Made by a program: the position numbers and the translations under genes. The notes under the pieces are model-generated. The model ran no database searches and was not told where the DNA came from. It was given only the letters and a program-made list of their open reading frames with translations. A stretch of DNA of 46,493 nucleotides from Candidatus Woesearchaeota archaeon (GTDB lineage Archaea; Nanobdellota; Nanobdellia; Pacearchaeales; GW2011-AR1), in assembly GCA_964424875.1 (NCBI GenBank), contig CAYRKK010000001.1, forward strand, positions 1 to 46,493, in the 5' to 3' direction. Shown one piece after another: positions 35,117 to 44,310 of this stretch; the stretch's first letter is position 1, and each line of letters starts with the position of its first letter.

Positions 35117-35464
35117 ATGGAATTAATAGCATTACTTGGAACAGGCCAAGGAACATGGGGGCAAGTTGCAGGTGTAATTAATCATGGAGATTGGGATAAT
35201 ATAATTCTTCTTGGAGATGATTTTGCAAAACAATTCAATGTTCAAAAAGATTTTGAATTTATAGAAATAAAAACAAACTCAATTCTTGAATTAAAAGATG
35301 AAATAATGCAAAAACTTAAAGGAAAAACTAAAGGAACCGAAGTTGCCCTTTCAATTGCAAGTGGTGATGGAAAACAGCACATGGCTTTAATCTCAGCCCT
35401 TCTCTCACTTCCTGTCGGAATTCGTTTCACAGTTTTAACTAAAGATGGGTTGGTGTTTATGTGA
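35117..35464 (+). CDS. Hypothetical small alpha/beta protein
   Basis: Intact ORF with LLGTGQGTWG and ASGDGKQHMAL segments, a weak resemblance to Rossmann-like ligand-binding folds. Divergent from the wHTH gene. Confidence 0.45.
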   Translation: MELIALLGTGQGTWGQVAGVINHGDWDNIILLGDDFAKQFNVQKDFEFIEIKTNSILELKDEIMQKLKGKTKGTEVALSIASGDGKQHMALISALLSLPVGIRFTVLTKDGLVFM

Positions 35465-35501
35465 ATATTTATAAACTCCTAACTTTTAATAATTAAACAA
35501 A

Positions 35502-35717
35502 ATGAGAGATGATAAATTAATCCTCCCTTTTGAAGAACTTAAAGACTTACAGAGGGGTCAAGAAAGAACCTTTGATTTCAAGGAACATCAAGAGCTTCCT
35601 AGAAACGCTGTTTTAATTGATAGAACTGGCGGAGAATATTACAGTGCTGAAAGACTCTCAATTCAATCTTTGGGAGATTCATTAATAGCAATTTACAGAA
35701 TAGTTGAAGTTTATTAA
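35502..35717 (+). CDS. Orphan 71-aa protein, Arg-rich relative to neighbours
   Basis: Intact ORF whose stop overlaps the convergent taw1 stop by 4 nt. Hand count 7 Arg against 3 Lys. Confidence 0.4.
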   Translation: MRDDKLILPFEELKDLQRGQERTFDFKEHQELPRNAVLIDRTGGEYYSAERLSIQSLGDSLIAIYRIVEVY

Positions 35718-36676
35718 ATATTTTTTATCTTCATCTTCTTTTTATCTTTCCCAATCAAAACAACTTTAGAAAATTTATGCTCATCTAAAATCTTATATCC
35801 TTCACCTAATTCATTGACAATTTTCTTAGCATATTCTTTTACTTCTTCATGACTCGGCATCATTTCATAACCTAATCTTTGACGAGAAAAACCAACACTA
35901 ACAAACCCCTTCACCTCAATAAAATCAGGACAAGCTTTTTTTATCAACTTAACATAATCTTTAACTTGTTCTGATTTCATATTTAAATCTTTAACTAATG
36001 TCATTCGAATAACTGTTCGAGTCTTGTCTTTCAATCCTTTTATAATTTCTAAACTTTTATTAAATTTTTTCCAAGCATTTTTAACAGAGCTTTTATGCCA
36101 CTTATCAAATAATTTTTCATTAGGAGAATTTAAACTAATATAAAGCTGAGTTGGCAACTGTTTATTTTTAGATAATTTTTTCAAAACTTCAGGACATAAT
36201 CCATTACTAACAACAAAACTTGTCTTCCTTTTTTTTCTTAATTCAGAAATCAACTCTCCTATCTTAGGATATAAGGTAGGCTCACCAATTAATGAAATAG
36301 CAAACTGCATTGGTTCTTGAGCTTGTTTTAATTTTTTAAAATTAACTTTTGAATTTCCTTTAAAACCAGTTAATAATTTTCTCTGTTGTTTAATACAATT
36401 GTCAATAATTTCAGAAGGAGAATCAACCTTTTTACTATCCACAACTTTAGAAAAATCAATTTCAATAGGTCTCCAACAATGCAAACATTTATTTTGACAT
36501 CCAAGCCATGGAGACATTTGACAACATAGATGACTTTTAATTCCATAAAACTTTTCTTTATAACAAATCCCTTTATCAACTAAAGATTTCTGTGTCCATC
36601 TACATATTTTAACAACACTATTTTTTCCAACAAATCTATGCCCTTGTTTCTCTAAAACTTTTTTTATGTTTTTCAT
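35714..36676 (-). CDS. taw1: tRNA 4-demethylwyosine synthase (radical SAM, Taw1/TYW1)
   Basis: CYKEKFYGIKSHLCCQMSP and CQNKCLHCWRP cluster motifs characteristic of Taw1. Confidence 0.85.
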   Translation of the reverse strand: MKNIKKVLEKQGHRFVGKNSVVKICRWTQKSLVDKGICYKEKFYGIKSHLCCQMSPWLGCQNKCLHCWRPIEIDFSKVVDSKKVDSPSEIIDNCIKQQRKLLTGFKGNSKVNFKKLKQAQEPMQFAISLIGEPTLYPKIGELISELRKKRKTSFVVSNGLCPEVLKKLSKNKQLPTQLYISLNSPNEKLFDKWHKSSVKNAWKKFNKSLEIIKGLKDKTRTVIRMTLVKDLNMKSEQVKDYVKLIKKACPDFIEVKGFVSVGFSRQRLGYEMMPSHEEVKEYAKKIVNELGEGYKILDEHKFSKVVLIGKDKKKMKIKNI

Positions 36677-36727
36677 GAAGATAGAGAAGAAATCTATTTT
36701 AAAAACCTATTCAAAAAATCATTTTAA

Positions 36728-37069
36728 TCATAAAAATCCCTCTTCTCCTAAATTTCTTAAGACACTCTTAATTTCATCAATAACCTTTTGTTGTGTTTTC
36801 TTATCAGACATCATGACAAATTTTATTAAAAGATCTTTTAATTCTTCAGATTTCAAAAGTTTTATTTTAAATCCATCAACAATAAAATAAAATCGATAAG
36901 ATTTATATCTTAATTCTTTAATTAAAATCCTCCCAACACAACTAACTGGTTTTCCTTTTTTAGGAGAATCCTTAAGAGAGTACATTAATTTAATAATTTT
37001 AATAGATTCTTTTTTGAATTTTTTATTAATTTCTTCTTCTAATTTTTTTGTTATTATCACCCTTGCCAT
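36728..37069 (-). CDS. RelE/ParE-like type II toxin
   Basis: KELRYKSYRFYFIVDG resembles the RelE core. It overlaps the upstream antitoxin-like ORF by 13 nt. Confidence 0.5.
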   Translation of the reverse strand: MARVIITKKLEEEINKKFKKESIKIIKLMYSLKDSPKKGKPVSCVGRILIKELRYKSYRFYFIVDGFKIKLLKSEELKDLLIKFVMMSDKKTQQKVIDEIKSVLRNLGEEGFL

Positions 37070-37263
37070 CTTTTTTTAGCATTTGACAGGGCTTCATCTA
37101 TTTTAATGCAATCTTCTTCACTCATTAATAAATCTTGCAATTGTCTCTCTTTTGCACTTTCAAGTAAACGCAAAATTATTTCTGTATAAGTTTCTCCTTT
37201 ATTCCCAAATTCTTGAATATCCTCCTTTAAAGGTTTTGGTATAGCAATAGTTGTAGTTTCCAT
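37057..37263 (-). CDS. Ribbon-helix-helix-like antitoxin
   Basis: TTIAIPKPLKEDIQEF...YTEIILRLLE pattern, at the first position of a two-gene overlapping module. Confidence 0.55.
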   Translation of the reverse strand: METTTIAIPKPLKEDIQEFGNKGETYTEIILRLLESAKERQLQDLLMSEEDCIKIDEALSNAKKRWQG

Positions 37264-37491
37264 TTTTATAACAGTTATAATAATTATAATAATTATAGTT
37301 TATAAAGATTTTGGTGGTTTTGAATTGGAATGCCCCTGTCGAGATAAGGTGGGCATGGAAATGATTGTTAAAAAAATATTCATACTAGGAGTAAATAATC
37401 AAATGATTGTTTATTTTCTTCTAAAATTAAGATATTGTGTGTAATTTCTTTTTTGTACTATCTAAATAAATTATAGCGAATAAATTCCCGA

Positions 37492-38346
37492 TTAGGTTTT
37501 TGCTCTAATAGAAACTAGAACCTGTCCATAATCTCCTTGTTTCCTATCATAACTTGAAAGATATTCTTCTGGAAAAATATCAACATTAAAACTCCTTCCT
37601 TTCTCATCTGCAAGTTGTAATATACGGGGGCTCCATTTTCTAAATTCTTGTAATCCATTAACAAGTCCTTTCTTGCCATTAAAAACCTTTGAATAGGCTG
37701 TTCCTTCATCATAAATCAAATCACCTTCTTCTAAAAATAATAATTGCGTATTATCTCCTATTAATGAAGTAATTGCCGGATGTGGAATATTTCCTCCTAT
37801 CTTAAGATTAGCATACTCTCTTTTTTCATGATGAACTCCAATTGATAGAAAATGAGCTCCTGCAATCAAACTTGGAAATCCTTTTTCATCAATCAAGGTA
37901 TTGACATTAGGAATTTTCATATCTACTCCTGAAGATTCTGGATGTTTTAATCTTCCTTCAAATCTCATTTGTTTTGCTATTAATATGTTTTCTAAATTGG
38001 CTTCATCAATAACTTTGCATAAGTTTCTATAATAACTAAATTCTCCTTCAACAACAATAATAGGTAAATCCATATGGGGTAAAGCAAGTCTTGAAAATTC
38101 TTCATAAAGAGATAGTGGATGGCACCTTTCAAATTCTTTTTCAAAATCACCTGATGTTCCACAACCTGGAAATGGATTTTTATTTTGAGTTTGTAGATAT
38201 CTAAATGCAATTTCTTTAATTCTTTTATGATTAGAACTTACAGCACTATCTAAATCCGTACCTCCATCAATTGTTTTCTTACAAAGGGCTGAAAATATTT
38301 CTATAGGTCCTACTGGACCAGGCCCTAAAAATAATGAATAATTCAT
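37492..38346 (-). CDS. Orphan 284-aa protein of unknown function
   Basis: Long intact ORF with atypical composition (Gly/Pro/His/Arg-richer), flanked by unusually long intergenic regions of 228 and 295 bp. Confidence 0.6.
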   Translation of the reverse strand: MNYSLFLGPGPVGPIEIFSALCKKTIDGGTDLDSAVSSNHKRIKEIAFRYLQTQNKNPFPGCGTSGDFEKEFERCHPLSLYEEFSRLALPHMDLPIIVVEGEFSYYRNLCKVIDEANLENILIAKQMRFEGRLKHPESSGVDMKIPNVNTLIDEKGFPSLIAGAHFLSIGVHHEKREYANLKIGGNIPHPAITSLIGDNTQLLFLEEGDLIYDEGTAYSKVFNGKKGLVNGLQEFRKWSPRILQLADEKGRSFNVDIFPEEYLSSYDRKQGDYGQVLVSIRAKT

Positions 38347-38641
38347 ATTGAATTATAAAAATAACCCCCATTTTATTTTTATTATCCTTTGACTTCCTAA
38401 TCTTATTTCTTCTTGTTTCTTCAAATCCATTTTATTATTTTATCACAGAACTCTTTTTCCCTTTAGGATTAACTATCTACTCTAACATATACTTTTAAGT
38501 CTTTCTATAGGGCAAACAATCAGATGTTTATTTAGTAAATTTACTGCATAAATACTCCTAGTTTTTTAGAGGGTAGATTATTTTCTTAAGCTGTATAGAT
38601 TATCTAAAATATCTTAATTGTCTAAATGCTCCTGCTGAGCA

Positions 38642-40186
38642 TCAAAACATCGCACTAAACCAACCTAACATCAAAACCAACAAAGCACCTAAAATTAAAT
38701 AAGTAGCTAACTTAAACATAATTTGAGCAAACTTCTCACTACCTGTAATGGCCCAAATACTTAACATAAACATTCTTCCTCCATCAAAAATAGCAACAGG
38801 CCACATATTAATTAAAGCAACACTTAAATTAATTAAAGCCAGCCACCAAATTAAATTATAAATAAAAACAATTAAATCAATATTAAATCTTGGTTCATAA
38901 AAAGTAGCAGGTTTTTTGAAAAAATTAAACATATCTGCAACTGTTCCTAAAACTTTTTGATTTGTGTTCATAAACCCAATTCCAATAACAGCCTTTTTTT
39001 TAACCTCAATATTCTCATTTCCACTTTTTAAACTATAGAACTCTCCTTCTAATCCTTCATACTGATTTGAATCCTCAGCTAATATAATTTCATACTCTAA
39101 TCTTTCTCCTTTCCCTTTAACATCTTTTGTAATAATCTTAACTTTATCACCAACATCATAATCTTTTAATATTAATGCTAAATCATCATGATCTGTAATC
39201 TTAATACCATTAATCTCAATAATAGCTCCCCTTAAACCAGCATTAATAGCAGGCAAATCTTCATACAATGCAACTTTTTCTAAATCTTCTTCTAAACTTT
39301 TTTCTAATTGAACCTTAAAATTTTCAATAGAAATATAATATGTTTTTCCATCTGCAACAATCTTAGTTAATTCCAAGGTATTCCCATTACCTCCTAAAAT
39401 TAAATCATCACTAAGATTGTTCTCTTTAATTATATTTAATAAACCTTGAGCAGAAGCATCATTTACAACTTTTCCACCAACCATATTAATAGAGTTAATA
39501 TTAACTATCCCAGGAGTATAAGTATTAAATATTGCACCAGCAGGAATATATGTTAAAACAAAAAATACAGATAATAATAAAAAAAACAAAATAGCTAATA
39601 TAAGATTAGTAAAAACACCTGCAGATAAAATAGCAATTTGTTGATATTTTGATTTTTTCTCCATTTGTTTTTCATCAGGTTCAACAAATGCAGCTAAAAA
39701 AGGACCTAAAAAACCAAAACCAGTTGTTAAAATTTTAACATTATATAGACGAGCAATTATTCCATGAGCAAATTCATGAAAAATAGCAATAACTGCAATT
39801 GCAATAATCCAATAAGTAAAATAAAAAGGAGGTAAAAAATCAATTTTAAAAGCTTCAGGTAAATAAGGGATTAAGGGCATTAATGGAGGAATTTTAATTG
39901 CTTTAACAATTTCCGGAACAAAAAGATAAATATAAACTAATTTATATAAAAAATACATCATACTTGCCATAAGCAAATATCCACAAACAACTCCAATAAA
40001 ACCTAAAACAGAGAGGGTCTTTTTATATTTTTCTCCAACATAATTAATAAATTTTACACCAACCTGAGTTCTATAAAGATACATAATTCCTTCTCTTTTT
40101 AAATTCTTTTTTCGTTTCCACAAAAAAATCCCAACACCTAAACTAAATATTATTAAAAAAGTTATATCATATATGTAAAAGCTCAT
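38642..40186 (-). CDS. Site-2 protease family (M50) membrane metalloprotease with a PDZ-like insert
   Basis: The HExxH in FHEFAHGII lies within a transmembrane segment. Multiple TM helices and a central soluble domain. Confidence 0.8.
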   Translation of the reverse strand: MSFYIYDITFLIIFSLGVGIFLWKRKKNLKREGIMYLYRTQVGVKFINYVGEKYKKTLSVLGFIGVVCGYLLMASMMYFLYKLVYIYLFVPEIVKAIKIPPLMPLIPYLPEAFKIDFLPPFYFTYWIIAIAVIAIFHEFAHGIIARLYNVKILTTGFGFLGPFLAAFVEPDEKQMEKKSKYQQIAILSAGVFTNLILAILFFLLLSVFFVLTYIPAGAIFNTYTPGIVNINSINMVGGKVVNDASAQGLLNIIKENNLSDDLILGGNGNTLELTKIVADGKTYYISIENFKVQLEKSLEEDLEKVALYEDLPAINAGLRGAIIEINGIKITDHDDLALILKDYDVGDKVKIITKDVKGKGERLEYEIILAEDSNQYEGLEGEFYSLKSGNENIEVKKKAVIGIGFMNTNQKVLGTVADMFNFFKKPATFYEPRFNIDLIVFIYNLIWWLALINLSVALINMWPVAIFDGGRMFMLSIWAITGSEKFAQIMFKLATYLILGALLVLMLGWFSAMF

Positions 40187-40292
40187 TTTAATCTCCTCTT
40201 GTTTTTATTACTAGATAATCTTGATTTATAAATATAAGTATTTTAATTTAATATCTTAAATCCTATTCATTATTAATTACATAAAAATACTC

Positions 40293-40457
40293 TTACTTCT
40301 TCCTCACAGGTCTAAACGCCCTCTTCAAACATTTTCTACATCTAATCTTACCTTCAATAATTTTACGAGGATCTGCCCTAATTTTAGACTTGCAATTCTT
40401 GCAGACAAACATGTTTTTATACAATCTTGCTTGCGTTACTGGTAATTTTGTTGCCAT
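40293..40457 (-). CDS. rpl40e: Ribosomal protein eL40 (L40e)
   Basis: 54-aa ORF absent from the ORF track: MATKLPVTQARLYKNMFVCKNCKSKIRADPRKIIEGKIRCRKCLKRAFRPVRKK, with a CxxC...CxxC zinc ribbon. Confidence 0.8.
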   Translation of the reverse strand: MATKLPVTQARLYKNMFVCKNCKSKIRADPRKIIEGKIRCRKCLKRAFRPVRKK

Positions 40458-40481
40458 TTTAAAATATATAAAAAACCTTTT

Positions 40482-40871
40482 TTAAATCTTCCTCTTAATT
40501 ATTTTAGCTCCTTCAACATCCCAATACTCTACTTGATCTCCTTCTTTTAAATCTTCTTTTAATTCTTCAGGAATAACTATCTCTAATGTTTCAAAACTTT
40601 CTAAATCCATAACACTTGCTTTATCACTTGAAATGGATAATAATTGTGCTTTATTTTTATTAATCAAAGGAACATCTAATCTATCATGCCCACTCATTGC
40701 AAAAACCTTTTTTTTACCATCAATAATCCCAATAGCTTCAATCCTGCATTTAGCATGCCCATGCTTTCCTGTTTTTGAAATATCATTAGAACGAACAATA
40801 CAAGCCACATCATCAACAATAATTGCACTTCCTTGTCTAGCCTCTGTTGCATTAATTAATTTAAATGCCAT
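40482..40871 (-). CDS. eif5a: Translation initiation factor 5A
   Basis: Hypusine-loop motif SKTGKHGHAKCR and an OB-fold C-terminal domain. Confidence 0.9.
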   Translation of the reverse strand: MAFKLINATEARQGSAIIVDDVACIVRSNDISKTGKHGHAKCRIEAIGIIDGKKKVFAMSGHDRLDVPLINKNKAQLLSISSDKASVMDLESFETLEIVIPEELKEDLKEGDQVEYWDVEGAKIIKRKI

Positions 40872-40927
40872 GTTTAATAAATTAAAAATGTGTTTATAAA
40901 ACTTTGGTAAATTTATCCAATAGAAAA

Positions 40928-41561
40928 TTAAGTTCTATAAAATTCTCTTACAGCTTGAGTTATTTTCTCCAAACCTTCCTCCTCTGATCTATAAAATATA
41001 CTTGGATGTTTTTTTAAATCAAACTCACTTGTAACTTCAATTTGAGAATCTTGTCTATAAAAATAAATTCTTGGTTTTTTTGATTCCATGGCACACCCTC
41101 CCACTAATCCCATTATAAAAGAAGGAAGCCCATCAGGCAAAAGAAGTGAAGGAGTTTCTGCATCAAATAAAATCAAATCACAAAAAGGTACAATCCTTCT
41201 TCTCATTATTTCAATAAGCTGGCTCCCAGACCATTGATTCTTCTTTTTTTCATAACCTCCAGTTATTCCTCTACCTTCTAATTCTCGATTTATTCCTTCA
41301 TTAATAGGAGAACCACTTAAAACACTTCCCCCCTTCTAACATTTTTCCATAAGTTTCTTGAAACAATTCTTCCTTTGTTAAATTTCTTTTTATTTCTTTA
41401 TGTGGAAGAAATAATCTTTTTCTTAAGTCTATTAATGAATCTGCAATTTGTCCATAAAAATCAAATCTTTCTCCATTTGTTTCACATCTTTCATAAGGAG
41501 CTGCTAAAACAACTTCAAATCTTGAATTATAATCCTCTCTTGACATTTGTTCATCAACCAT
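40928..41561 (-). pseudogene. Orphan gene of about 210 codons split by a 1-nt frame change at a C6/G6 homopolymer
   Basis: ORF 41301-41561 and the frame containing ORF 40928-41206 are both open across 41301-41335. Deleting one G of GGGGGG (plus-strand C-run 41328-41333) fuses them into one reading frame. Confidence 0.5.
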
Positions 41562-41653
41562 CTTAAAACAAATTTTAAATCCTATAAAAAGATTATTATT
41601 CCCAATTATAAATATTCCAATAATCTTTTAAACCCTTATTTCAGTCTTTAATC

Positions 41654-42454
41654 ATGGAAAAAAACAAAATCCAAAAAAATGATTTTATTGAAATAGAATT
41701 TACAGGAAAAGACCCAGATAATCAGATTTTTGATACAACAAATCCAGAAGAAGCAAAACAAATAGGAATACAAAATCCAGAACAAATAAAATCTATGATA
41801 ATCTCTGCTGGAAATCAAATGCTTTTAAAAGGTTTAGATGAAGCAATTTTAGATAAAGAACTAAACAAAGAATATAAAATACATCTTGAATCAGAACAAG
41901 CTTTTGGAAAAAGAAACCCCCAACTAATGAAAACTTATCCATTATCAGCTTTTAAAAAAAGAGAAATAAATCCTTATCCAGGATTAGTCCTTCAACTTGA
42001 CAACAATATTGCAAAAGTTATCTCTGTTTCAGGAGGAAGAGTAATGATTGATTTTAATAATCCTTTAGCAGGAAAAGAAGTTGATTACACCTTTAAAATA
42101 ACAAAGAAAATCACAAATGACAATGAAAAAATAAATGCCCTTCAGGATTTCTTTTTTAAACAAAGATTTGATTTTAATATTAAAGAAGATGAGAAAACAA
42201 AATCTAAAAAAATTGTTTTTAAAGATGAAAAAATTAAACCCCTCGTTGAAATGATGGCTCAAAAATTTAAAGAAATAACTGGAATGGATTTTGAGGTTGA
42301 AGAAAAGAAAGAAGAACTTAAGAATAAAGAGAATAAACAAGAAAATAAAAATAAAGAAGCTAAAGAAGAGTCTAAAAAAATTGAGGATAAAAAGGAAAAC
42401 TCTAAGAAAGAAAAAGAAGAAGGAAAACAAGAAACAATAACTACAAAACAATAA
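41654..42454 (+). CDS. FKBP-type peptidyl-prolyl isomerase (archaeal long form) with a Lys/Glu tail
   Basis: The motif is DFIEIEFTGK...IFDTT...GLDEAILDK...NPLAGKEVDYTFKI, followed by a low-complexity KE-rich C-terminus. Confidence 0.8.
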   Translation: MEKNKIQKNDFIEIEFTGKDPDNQIFDTTNPEEAKQIGIQNPEQIKSMIISAGNQMLLKGLDEAILDKELNKEYKIHLESEQAFGKRNPQLMKTYPLSAFKKREINPYPGLVLQLDNNIAKVISVSGGRVMIDFNNPLAGKEVDYTFKITKKITNDNEKINALQDFFFKQRFDFNIKEDEKTKSKKIVFKDEKIKPLVEMMAQKFKEITGMDFEVEEKKEELKNKENKQENKNKEAKEESKKIEDKKENSKKEKEEGKQETITTKQ

Positions 42455-42485
42455 TTATTTTAAACTCTTAATTATTCTAAAAAAT

Positions 42486-42845
42486 ATGGAAGATAGAGAT
42501 TCAAGAAGGAAATTAAGTCAAGAATTAATAAGGATGTTGGGAGAAGGAGTTAATTTTTATTTGTGTGATGATGGCAGAGTTTTACATGTTTTCGGAGGAG
42601 GTTTAACAGGAGATAAAAGATGTTTTAGACAAGAAGATTATTGGGTTTTTCATAAACAAGAAAGAGCTGGTAGCTTAAGGTGTATTTATGAAGGATCTAC
42701 TAATGAACTAGTTGTTCTTCATCTAGAAATTTATGGAGAAACTCCATTATCTGTTAATGGAAAAAAATGGTATTCTGGAAGGAACTTTGAGCAACAAAAA
42801 ACTTGGACAAGCAGAGATGATTTTATTATTCCTCAAGTTGCTTAA
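42486..42845 (+). CDS. Orphan 119-aa protein, Arg-rich relative to neighbours
   Basis: Intact ORF between FKBP and ftsZ. Hand count 11 Arg against 6 Lys. Contains Trp, Cys and His. Confidence 0.5.
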   Translation: MEDRDSRRKLSQELIRMLGEGVNFYLCDDGRVLHVFGGGLTGDKRCFRQEDYWVFHKQERAGSLRCIYEGSTNELVVLHLEIYGETPLSVNGKKWYSGRNFEQQKTWTSRDDFIIPQVA

Positions 42846-42947
42846 TCATAAAAAAGAAGGGACTTCAAAACAACTCTAAATCATAATCTTCCAAAGTACA
42901 TATTAAGATTTAACAATCTTTAAATATCAATCCCCTTTCTTTTTCAA

Positions 42948-44216
42948 ATGGAAGAGGATTTTGAAAAACAAGATTATCTAAAAGAGGAATCAGATAATCC
43001 ATGGGAAGAAACATCTGAAAAACAATCAAGTTCATCAGATGATTATTCTTATAAACCTGATAAAGAAACTTCTTCTCAACCACCCATATCTTCTTTTCCC
43101 AAGCCTTCTCCAATAACACCTGTTTCTCAACCAAGACCTTCTTTAATAATTGATAAATCATCAGAACTTTCAGAAATAGATAGAGAATTAGAAGAAATAC
43201 TTAAAAAACAACATGCTAAAGTAAAAGTCTTTGGTTTAGGAGGTGCAGGAGGAAATACAATTTCAAGAATGAAAGAAATTGGAATTAAAGGGGGAGAGTT
43301 TATTGCATTAAACACAGATGCTCAAGATCTTTTATATTCAAATGCAGATTATAAGATTTTAATTGGCAGAGAATTAACAATGGGCTTAGGAGCAGGTTCA
43401 AATCCCAAAATTGGAGAAGAAGCAGCTCATGAATCAGAACAAGAAATCAAGAAAAAATTAGCAGGATGTGACATGGTTTTTATAACCTGTGGTTTGGGCG
43501 GAGGAACAGGAACAGGAGCAGCACCAGTTGTTGCTCAATTAGCAAAAAAACAAGGAGCACTAACAATAGGAGTTGTAACCTTGCCATTTACAATTGAAGG
43601 AAAAAAAAGAATTGAAAACGCAGAATATGGTTTAGAAAGATTAGAATCAATTGTTGACACTTTAATTGTAATACCAAATGATAAACTATTAGAAATTGCC
43701 CCCGAATTACCCTTACAAACTGCATTTAAAGTAGCAGATGAAATTTTAACAAATGCAGTAAAAGGAACAACAGAACTTGTAACAAAATCAGGTTTAGTTA
43801 ATTTAGATTTTGCAGATGTTAAAGCAGTTATGGCTAATGGAGGAGTTTCTTTAATGGGAATGGGTGAATCAGATTCCGCTAACAGAGCTTTAGAAGCAGT
43901 TGAAAAAGCATTGTCTAATCCTCTTTTAGATGTTGATATTTCAAATGCAACAGGAGCTTTAGTTAATATTATTGGAGGGAATGATATGAGTTTAGATGAA
44001 GCTCGGGCAATTATTGCAGCAGTTGGAGACCAACTTTCTCCAGATGCTAAAATGATTTGGGGAGCTCAATTATCCCCTGAAATGGAAAAATCAATTAGAG
44101 TTATGATAATAATAACTGGTGTAAAATCAGCCCAAATTACAGGAGGAGTTTTACCTTCTGATTTACAAAAACAAGTTGAAATGGGAGATGAGTTGGGAAT
44201 AGAGTTTTTGGAGTAG
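42948..44216 (+). CDS. ftsZ: Cell division protein FtsZ with a ~85-aa Ser/Pro/Glu-rich N-terminal extension
   Basis: GLGGAGGN and the tubulin signature [12 protein letters not shown]. Confidence 0.9.
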   Translation: MEEDFEKQDYLKEESDNPWEETSEKQSSSSDDYSYKPDKETSSQPPISSFPKPSPITPVSQPRPSLIIDKSSELSEIDRELEEILKKQHAKVKVFGLGGAGGNTISRMKEIGIKGGEFIALNTDAQDLLYSNADYKILIGRELTMGLGAGSNPKIGEEAAHESEQEIKKKLAGCDMVFITCGLGGGTGTGAAPVVAQLAKKQGALTIGVVTLPFTIEGKKRIENAEYGLERLESIVDTLIVIPNDKLLEIAPELPLQTAFKVADEILTNAVKGTTELVTKSGLVNLDFADVKAVMANGGVSLMGMGESDSANRALEAVEKALSNPLLDVDISNATGALVNIIGGNDMSLDEARAIIAAVGDQLSPDAKMIWGAQLSPEMEKSIRVMIIITGVKSAQITGGVLPSDLQKQVEMGDELGIEFLE

Positions 44217-44310
44217 ATGCCCTGATTGAGTGTTCATTACTTCTTAGGAATAAAGAATCAGATGGTATTATAAAGAGTAGTTCATAGATTATTTTTTTGA
44301 ATCATGAACC

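Noticed and set aside
36666-36890. 74-aa plus-strand ORF overlapping the RelE-like gene
   Set aside because: It lies opposite a plausible toxin ORF that is coupled to its antitoxin. It has no start context or motif.
42065-42451. 128-aa Phe/Leu-rich minus-strand ORF
   Set aside because: It is the antisense of the Lys/Glu low-complexity tail of FKBP, where poly-AAG/GAA reads as poly-TTC/CTT.
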